Shown here piece by piece: positions 55,137 to 64,000 of a stretch of DNA of 64,000 nucleotides. The notes under the pieces were generated by a model. The model did no database searches and was not told the DNA's origin. It saw only the letters and a program-made list of their open reading frames with translations. The translations under genes and the position numbers were made by a program. How positions within the stretch are numbered: the stretch's first letter is position 1; each line of letters starts with the position of its first letter. Origin of the DNA: Paragordius varius (Eukaryota; Animalia; Nematomorpha); contig OZ176050.1 of assembly GCA_964247055.1 (NCBI GenBank), positions 8,742,001 to 8,806,000 on the forward strand. Direction: 5' to 3'.

Positions 55137-58100
55137 TACTAATTTTTAAAACAATATACCCCCCATGAATGATTTATGGTTTGTTAATAATTAATTTAAT
55201 CACTTTAAATATTTTTATAAAAGAACATTATTAACACACCTCATAATAAATATAGAAAAATATTTCATATCGTATGAAAAGGTGTATAAACCTATTATTA
55301 TACTTTATTTATAAATATGATTATATGTTATACATATGATTATTGTTTAATGCTTTGTAACGTCAAGTGGTCTCAATAAATACTAACTAATGTATATTTT
55401 GCGGATCAAATGTCCCTTTTATTATTTTATATAAATCGTAAATTATTTTAATCGAAATTTTGAAATTCCCTATTTTTTATAAATTTCATCCATAATTATT
55501 ATAAGAGAAAGCAAATTTTAGCACACAGTTTAAATTATTGAACATATAGAAATTGAATATAATTTTGGACAAGTTTGACCCAATAAACGAAATGCTATAA
55601 AATTACATATAAAATTTTAAATTTATTTGTCCCTATATATATTTTTTTTCTAACTAATTAGTAGCAACAGTTGTTAGTAATTTTGTAAATTGAAATCAAT
55701 TAGTATACATACATAATTAATGTTGTTATAATTTGGTTGGTACACATAGCACCTGTGTGTTAAAGACCACAAAAACCAGGTAAAAGTGTGACATAAGGTG
55801 TCAAAAAGTACATTTGTTATCAATGACTATTCATTATTATTAAACAAAGATGTGCATTGTTATGCTTGGAATTTGTATTACAATATTCATATGGTGCTTG
55901 CTGCCTTATTTTATCTTTTATATTTATGCACATTGAATTATAATTATTGTTATTAGAACAGAGTCCTCCTTAAAAAAATTAGAGTTTTAGAGTAAAAATT
56001 TACAAATTTATTTTTTATTTTATCTGATTTTATGGTGTGTATATATGTAAGGAAGGACCAATTTGTATTTCCATTGTTATATATTAACATCATTCTTTTC
56101 GAGTTAATTAGTTTGCATCATAAAAAATATGAAATTTTGACACATTTATGAACAATGGTAAAACCTTTTTGTATATAAATTTTAAAAGAAAATGACAGTT
56201 GGTGACTTGAAAATTTCGACCGAAATTTTGAAAATGTAAAATCAGTATTTGCAAAAACTTAGGAAAAACAAACATTTTAGTAAATAAAATTAATTCCATT
56301 TTATAAATTTTAACATATATTTTTGATTAGATTTCGTATTGATAACACTTTTCACATTATTGATGTGCAATTGGGCGATTCGATAGACATCGTTTGTCCA
56401 ATTCAACCGAAAGGAGCCGATCCTAAAGACTATGAATACTATGCAATATACAGGGTAACTTTTAGTTTTTTAATGTTTCAAATTAAATTTTAACTGTTAC
56501 CATAATTTTCTAAGTTTGAATGTTTCAGGAATAGCACTTATGTATGTAGAAATTAATTAAACTAGATTTTGGATTTTTTTTGAATTTGACAATTGTAATT
56601 GTAGACATGTTTAGTGCTTGTTAGTATTACAATACGACACAATACCATCTTTTTCAATAATGCTATAATTCAGCTAAGATTTTTTCCCCAAAACATACTT
56701 ATCACCTAATATGATATTGGTATAATAAAATAGATTTATTAAAAAATAAAATTTCTTTTCATCCACAAAAGATTTTATTTAGTTGGTTATATACGTGGTT
56801 TTCAAAAGGCACGAAAATACATATGCAATATAATCGCGCGGAATTTTAGGTATGAAGTTCAAAGACAAACATATAATTCGTAAAAAAAGTTAGTATAAAA
56901 TTAAAAATATATCTATAAATAATATAAATTTAATTTTCATATGTATATAATACGTTATAAAAAATTTATCTATAAAGTTTATGAAAATTAAAATGATAAT
57001 TTTTTCTGCATGAACCGTTTTTTAGTGCACATTAAAAACGTTTGGTATATAAGATATATGGAAATGTATTCCACATATCTTTCTTCTATTATCATTATCT
57101 GCATATTCTGATCAATGTTATCAAACTCAGTTATAAAGATACTTCCGATACAGCAAAATTAAGAAAATTAGTAGTGTAGCGCTCTAGACATTTTGGATAT
57201 TATATATATGTATATATAAGTAAATTATAAATTATTATTACGCAATTTTATTAAAAATTACCTTATGGATTATTTTTTATAGGTAACCAAAGAAGAATAT
57301 GACACGTGTCAAATAACTTTTGCCAACCGAACTATAACGAGACTCATCATAAATTGCACAACACCAACCAGAACACAAAAATTTACTCTTTCATTCCGTA
57401 GATTTTCCCCTATGCCGGGCGGTATGGAATTTGTGAACGGCGAGGATTATTATTTTACAAGTATATATCATTTTAATGAAGATAAAATTTTTAAATAAAT
57501 AAAATATTCGGTTTGAAATATGGACATTTGGCTCAGATATATATTAATTTTTTAATTGTGTTGTGAACAAATGGTTTTTATCGCTAATTAAATTAAGTTA
57601 ATAAACTTACAATTCGAAAATTATTAACATGCATTTTATTGCCAATTATTTGTATTAATTCTCTATTTGTGGCATTTTTCTTTTGTCATTAAGGACATAT
57701 AACCGTTTTTATTGTTCATCTTAGACAAACTAAAGAAAAAAATGAAATCGATAAAATATGTCCATAATTATATATTTTCTTCCTTGTCTCAAATCTAATA
57801 AAAAAAATATTTAAAATTCCACAACAATAATGGATATTAAGACAGTGCTACATCCCTAAATTTTTCATCCATTTTATAATTATGAAAATGGCTATAGAAT
57901 AAGTTAACGAAATGACTGACTAATAAGATGGTTTTTTTGCCTATCACAAGAATTTTTTTCAAAGTTAAGAAGTTTATTATCATTATTATAATTTAATTTG
58001 ATTTATACAATTTTGTTATGAATTCTGTTAGGTACATCCACTGGAACCCTAGATGGGATCAATAATCTTGAGGGGGGACATTGCAATCAGCACGCAATGA

Positions 58101-59370
58101 AAATTACATTCAAAGTTGGTGCTGGAAATAAATTAAGTAATTATTTTTTCTACTTTATATCAAAAAATTAATTATAAAACACAAAATTATTAATAGTAAT
58201 AAGTAAAAAAGCGAAAGTTTTGTGCCCTAAACTTAATCAAGCAGTAATTATTTTATGATAATTATAATTATGCAAAATTTATACCCAATTTAAATTCTAA
58301 ATCTTTTATATTTTTATATAGGGGCTAATCAACCAACTAATAAAAATTCACTTTTTTCAACACAATCCACAACCTCTAATCACATACATAAATCAAATGA
58401 TCCAGACAAATTGTTACCTTCAATACCTCCAGAAAGATTTGAAAACTTTGAACATAAAACGCAACAAACGCTGAATGAGGAACCTCAATCAATATATAGG
58501 GCACATCTTATAAATCTCAAAAAACATATCATTCCTGCTTTAACAACCGATGATAAATCTCTAATGATACAAAATGAAAATATTAATGTATCTTTTGACA
58601 CTCCACCCATCTACAACCAAAATAATTTAGCCCAAAATAATGGCATGTTTCGAAAAAGTATACAAAATTTCAGAAACCCGAAGAATGATATAATTAATCA
58701 AAACACCGTTTCTATGGCAACCACATACGTTGGGTCTGAAATAAATTTGGTTCCAAAACAATCCGAACCTGTGGGAGACAAAACCAACATTCATTACAAA
58801 AATGAACAAGATAATAATGATGATAATATAAATCAATATCATTCATATTATTCGAGTCAACAGAAACGTCCCTACGTCGTAATGCAACAAACCCCAAAAT
58901 CCAATAATTACAACACAAACCTTAAGCAGGACATCAACAAGTTAGTTATAAATTATGATGGACAACAATCTACTGATGATACAGAGAATGATGCCGACAT
59001 TTACAACATTAAATCGAATGATCAAGCTGCTACAAGTTTATATCAAAACAATTTTGCCTTAGCTAATGATCAATACCCTAATAATATTATGAATAATAAT
59101 AATAATAATAATTATTACTATAAAAATAATTATGAACACGCTGCAAAACACAATCAAAACAATGATGCTTATAATAATAATAATTTTATAGATGATAATC
59201 GAATCCATAACCATATTGACAGACGACACGATTCAATGGATGATGAATCGCCTTTTAGACCCAATCATAGATCACAGAGTTTGTACAGATCTGGTGCTTT
59301 TGACAAATCCCCTCCTGCAACTTTCATAATAATTTTATTTATGAATCTTTTATTTGTGTTCATAAACTAA
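53143..59370 (+). CDS. Ephrin (EFN): Ephrin (Eph receptor ligand), GPI-anchor type with a long Asn-rich stalk; 5 exons, 535 aa
   Basis: Exons 53143-53294,56331-56454,57283-57460,58032-58136,58322-59370 (1608 nt). Signal peptide MTSNMFIHISFFGIFIILW; INWEKYNPI|FRIDNT...DSIDIVCP...YAIYR|VTKEEYDTC...INC...KFTLSFRRFSPMPGGMEFVNGEDYYFT|STSTG...GGHCNQHAMKITFKV. All four conserved Cys present. C-terminal SGA...TFIIILFMNLLFVFIN* is a GPI-like signal. Confidence 0.93.
54357..54476. mobile_element. Short Tc1/mariner-type MITE (same TIR family as 44807) in ephrin intron 1
   Basis: cagtagagtatagt / accatactctactg inverted ends. Confidence 0.65.
55110..55136. repeat. (AT)n microsatellite
   Basis: Pure AT run in ephrin intron 1. 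Confidence 0.9.
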
Positions 59371-60617
59371 ACCATGAAGCTAACTTGAAATACAGGTTAA
59401 AAATTCTGAATTATCAGAATATATTGTAAGGATGGTTGGGAAAGGAAGGCAGTTTTTGTGAAAAGATCAAACTTAAGGGTAAAGTCAATAGAAAATATTG
59501 TATACTCTCCTAGTCCAATTTCATATACAATTAAATTGACAAATTACTAAAATGGGAAGCTGGTTTCAAGCCTAAAACCTACACAGACTCATAAAAAACT
59601 AATTAATTAAAGAAAATGTTATTTTTGATACAATTTTATTTATAAATAAATCATGTATTTTATGTATATAGATATCGAATGTAAATAAATCTAATAAATT
59701 TTTATTTGATAACACAATTTTGGCAATGGCTAATTTCAGTTATTCTAAACCCAGAGACAATTATATTCTCTACTATAGTCATACTGATCTGTTCTAAATT
59801 AAACGAAAATCATTTTTTTAATCATTAAAAGTCAAATGGCTAAAAAAATTTTTAATGGTAAAATATAGATGCAGAGTTGTTTGTTCCATATAGTTATCCA
59901 ATCAATACTTAACATATCTGGTAAATTCTTTATATATCGCACGACCTCCTTTTAGTTTTGTGAATAGTGAATAACTTAACCAACATATATTACATAACAC
60001 TAATTACATAATTCGATTAATGTTGAAGGTTTCTATCTTGTCAGATATATTATTTAAAAAGACTAACTCATGAAGCGAAACAAATCCGTAGGTTCTATGC
60101 GTACGAAAATAATTGATATTAAAAAATTATTATAGCGCAAATTTTTATTTTATAAAAGCTACCTCATTTTAACTAGCTTAAAATGTTACAGAGTCATAAA
60201 ATAAAGTAAGCTTCTAGTTTTTGCCAAAAATATAACGTGCGCTAAATAAAAGTTTTTATTTTAAGCAATTGCGATAAGAGTTAATTTAGCTTTCTTAAAT
60301 GAGTCGTGAGTCCCAAAACCAAATGCATCGCCGATTTTAGTTGCTTTGTGGATGGATGGGATTGGACGGCAATATACGGATTTTCTGAGAACATAATAGG
60401 TTTTAATTGATCCGAAGCATTTTCCGGCAGCTCAAAGCCATCATTTAATTCTTTAAAATGTATAGGTAATATTGGGGAGGCAAAAAATAATAAATTAGTA
60501 GAATTAAACCTTTTAGGAAACCAATATGCACATTAAATACCACTGTGTATATTTCTAATTTATAAATTTTATATATATAATTTTACCTTCCTAGATAGAT
60601 TATATTTATGCATTATA

Positions 60618-60885
60618 CAAGGAGATCTCCAACACAAATGGCTTTGCGGGCGGCATTTTTAACTCAAAAAGCACGCGGGCTGCATTCGAAATATATATGG
60701 GCATTTATAAATAATTTATTCGAAAAACTGTAAAATGCAAACAAAATACAATAATTTCTTCTAGTTCATTGCCAAATGAATAGACTCATACAGAAAAATT
60801 GCGTAAGAAAATTTTACCAATACGGTTTTTCGAATTTTTCGCCGAGCGCTCAAAGAATATCGGAGGACCGCGTCTTGCATCATAT
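60618..60885 (+). mobile_element. hAT-type MITE between the convergent ephrin and MFSD11 3' ends
   Basis: ctccaacacaaatggctttgcgggcggcatt...ctgtaaaatgcaaac...ttctagttc...ggaccgcgt is colinear with the 43595 element. Confidence 0.75.
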
Positions 60886-61018
60886 ATTATTGCAAAAAAT
60901 TTATTTAATTTTTAATAAATATATAATTTCGTATAAAAATATATTAATTTCGGTATTAATTATAAATAATTTGGTATATCCCATCACATTTATGTATGAA
61001 CAAAAATTTCAAGAGCAA

Positions 61019-63649
61019 TTAATTTTCGGAATGGCATGTTAAATTTTTATCAGCTCTGAAAAAGCAAATAATAGCTAAAGTTTGAGTCATAACAAGTATT
61101 AGTAACTGCCAGTGAAGGAATAGATACTTGCAATAATAGAAGGCTATCGCGGCCATGGCGCTCTAATATGTCATATATATAAAACTGAGTGCAAAAATTT
61201 TTAACAAATTTTTTTTTTCATGAGATAGCTTATGACCAGCAAATTCATTTGCCGCAAAATTTTTTTTTGTTGACGACCTGTTTTTGAAATGAAAAATCGA
61301 AATTGGGCAAAAACTAAAAATTAAGGATGCATAAAAAATTAATGATAAGAAATACTATGGTTTATTATTATTTTAGCAGATAAGCCTGAAATCATTATTT
61401 TTTAAAACTCAGATCAAAAAATCGAGTATTATAAATTAGGCAAATTTTTTTTATGAAACTATATTAAAATATAGGTAAACTCACTATTAAAATCTTAGCA
61501 TTCATATTTTATCCAGTAAAAAAGTTATATATCAATTAAAAAAATTGTTTTTCATCATTTTTTTTTGTCATCTGGTTCTAGGTATTAAAAATTTACCGTT
61601 TCATTTTAAAATCTTACATGAGCTGAAATTATAAAAGTAATTAATACAAAATATCGTACAGATCAAAAATATTAATTATTAATTTATATTCAAAACCTGT
61701 TACATGGATTTGTACGGATTGTTGGTTAATAAACTACTTTTAAATTTTGTATAATTTTATATACTTTAATATTATAGCTTATGTGAGATTCCAAAATAAA
61801 ACAGTAAATATATAATACCTAGAACCAGATGACAAAAAATAAAATAAAAACTCTAACTATATGATTTTAAGCTATTTATAAATTGTAAATATCTGCTAAA
61901 ATAATAATCCATAATATCTCTAGTTTTATCATTATTTTTATAATTATCCTTAATTTTTACTTCCATGTTCTTAATTAAATAGGCCGTCAACAAATAAAAT
62001 TTTTGCGGCAAATTAATTAGCTGTCTAAAAACTATAATCTCATGAAATTTTTTTTTAAAAATTTACCTACTTTTTTGCACACAGTGTATTAAATAATCGA
62101 TGCTCAAACATTAAAAATTTATAAATATAGGTATGATTGGATATTAAAAGTTTTATCTAAATTATTTTCAATAAAAATTTTCGGTTAACTATATGATAAA
62201 AATTTAAATTTTTGTTTCGTTAGATTTATAAAATAAGCCAATACCTGTACGAATCGGAAAAGAGCAAAAATAGCCGTGTTAACAGTCATTGTTTTATAGT
62301 AGGTGGCAAGAATGACATAAATTTGCGTGTTGAATGCACTATCAGCGACACCAAATAAAAGTGCCGATATTGGTATAATAATCGCTGTAGCTAAACTAAA
62401 TTAATAAAAATAAAAAATTATCAAATGAAAAAGTTATATTTTATTTGATAAAAAATTTTTAAAATTGTAAATTCTTATGTCAGTGAAACATTTTACTTGT
62501 TTGATATGTACACTGTTTCAAAGCTTTCATTTATAGGGGAATCTTGAGGCAGGCAAAGATAGATTACAAAATATGCCATACAATTTAGGATAAAACCAAT
62601 AAATACAATATTGGATGATCGAGTGAAATGTGGTGTTATTACATTATTATTATAATTGCTGTTCTCATCATTGTTGGTAGTTACCGTAAAAATATCATTT
62701 TTGGTCCGTGTACAGAAAAATAATTTGGATTTTATGGCGTGCAATTTCCTCCGCACCGTATTGTTGTTTGATATAAATTCGCTCAAAACGCCAAAATTTA
62801 GTGCACCTTTAAGCATATGTTTAAGTATTTTATATAAAATAAAAAATATATATTAAATTTAATAAAAAAATTAAGCAAAAACGATAAAGTTATAATATCA
62901 AATACCAATAATTTCTCCGACTCCCAAAGAGATACCGCTGATACCCATCAAGGGTTTAGATAAATTGCCCAATCTGGATGTGTAGCCAACACATGTTATA
63001 AGTACGCCCGTTATAAATGTTAAATTCAACCCTAGAATATTGGGGCAAAAAGTTATATAAAGTAAGAAGAGAATACCATAAAAAAGGGTGCCAAATTTTA
63101 ATACGCCATGATGTAAATTACCTAAAATATTTTTTATATAATAATGTAATCATGATTTAAGCGTATTTCGGAATAAGATTGTTGAATAAGTACTAAAATC
63201 TTACTTTATCGCGAGTTTTTTTGATGTGCTGTGCGATTTTTAGTTTTAGTCATTAGTCTTTCAAGGATTTTGTAAAAAAAGAAGAGTTTCAGGGAAAATA
63301 TTTTGCGTTATATGACATTTATTTTCTTTTATCATATTTTATAATTATTTTTTCAAATTTTGTTTTAATTATATTTCATCATTATTATTTGTTACTAGTT
63401 AATCGATTGAAAAAGAAACTACCAATTCAAATTATTATTTCAACATAAAATATTCTTCCTCGTTTACAATATTAAACTTGAAGAGTTTTTTTCTATAGTT
63501 TAAAGTTTTATTGGACCTAATGTGCAATAAAATAATGTGAAGCTTTTAGCTATCGGATGTTGTTAGATATCTCATTTAAATCATTTATGTATGCTTTGAT
63601 TACCCCCTTTGTTGCAGTGTAATACAAACTACAACTTTGTTTAAATAAA

Positions 63650-63702
<53 letters not shown>

Positions 63703-63888
63703 AGTAAATCCAAATGGCAACACTAATAGCTGAACATTTTTGTCTTTAAGAAGGTTTATGGATGTCCTGAAAGTTTGACGCAATATGTTTTGTGAATTAT
63801 CTTTTTGTGGAACGTAGAGACTTTTTTCGGCATTATTGTTAGACGATTCTTCAGATGGGACATCTCTATCATTGTTCAATAATGGTTC
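61019..63888 (-). CDS. MFSD11: UNC-93-like MFS membrane protein (MFSD11 family), 5' end beyond window; last 5 exons
   Basis: Minus-strand exons 63888-63702, 63031-62906, 62806-62497, 62395-62245, 61162-61019. FTG|LNLTFITGVLITCVG...GISGISLGVGEIIG|GALNFG...IVFIGFILNCMAYFVIYLCLPQDSPI...LLFGVADSAFNTQI...AIFALFRFVQ|SAMAAIAFYYCKYLFLHWQLLI* matches the MFSD11 C-half (GLELTF, GIGEILG, GDSCFNTQ, FKFVQS, LHWQL). Confidence 0.92.
61183..62086. mobile_element. Fold-back Tc1/mariner-like element (~900 bp) with long degenerate inverted arms, in the last MFSD11 intron
   Basis: Ends aactgagtgcaaaaa / ttttttgcacacagtg|TA. Arms run inward to tcatctggttctaggtatta (~61586) and taatacctagaaccagatga (~61813); gccgcaaaa...ttgttgacg is mirrored by cgtcaacaa...ttttgcggc. 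Confidence 0.75.
63651..63700. repeat. (TA)25 microsatellite at an MFSD11 splice donor
   Basis: On the - strand the intron begins GT(AT)n directly after exon end 63702. Confidence 0.95.
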
Positions 63889-64000
63889 CTAATATGTTTA
63901 ATATAATAAGGAATTCAATAAAAACGATTTTGATTATATGTATAAAAATTTAAATCAAACATCAACAATTTAATATTTTTTTATTAAGTATTTTATTATA

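Noticed and set aside
55750-55803. Cluster of CACCTG, ACCACA and AGGTGTCA motifs in ephrin intron 1
   Set aside because: Short motifs cannot be distinguished from chance without conservation or chromatin data.
32050-56299. Isolated 60-100 aa ORFs (32050, 35851, 40802, 45443, 46774, 51547, 56108) and 60776
   Set aside because: No recognisable motifs or splice support; composition is F/I/L/K-rich as expected from AT-rich non-coding DNA or MITE interiors, and several such ORFs are expected by chance in 64 kb.
1-64000. CRISPR arrays, U12-type introns, telomeric arrays, spliced-leader or snRNA genes
   Set aside because: No regularly spaced repeat-spacer array; no GTATCCT/ATATCCT donors at exon boundaries; no TTAGG(G) arrays; no SL or snRNA matches seen by eye.

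Overview
Very AT-rich animal (metazoan) genomic DNA; the species cannot be fixed from sequence alone. No prokaryotic features, CRISPR, rRNA or tRNA were found. Four spliced genes were reconstructed by hand: (1) + strand KMT2C/D (MLL3/4, trr) H3K4 methyltransferase, 5'-truncated, 45 exons, ~3,230 aa in window, ending at 19920; (2) + strand TIA-1/TIAR RRM gene at 26377-34038; (3) + strand GPI-type ephrin at 53143-59370, with a likely alternative signal-peptide first exon at 47641-47753; (4) - strand UNC-93-like/MFSD11 transporter, 5'-truncated, ending at 61019. Most striking: the first six TIA-1 introns are only 23-28 nt, while its other eight are 620-984 nt and all 52 other introns in the window are >=55 nt. 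Also notable: a ~2.8-kb imperfect palindrome (20290-23124) built from two head-to-head compound non-autonomous Helitrons, and many hAT and Tc1/mariner MITEs. Most ORFs in the supplied track are exon fragments, antisense shadows or repeat artefacts.
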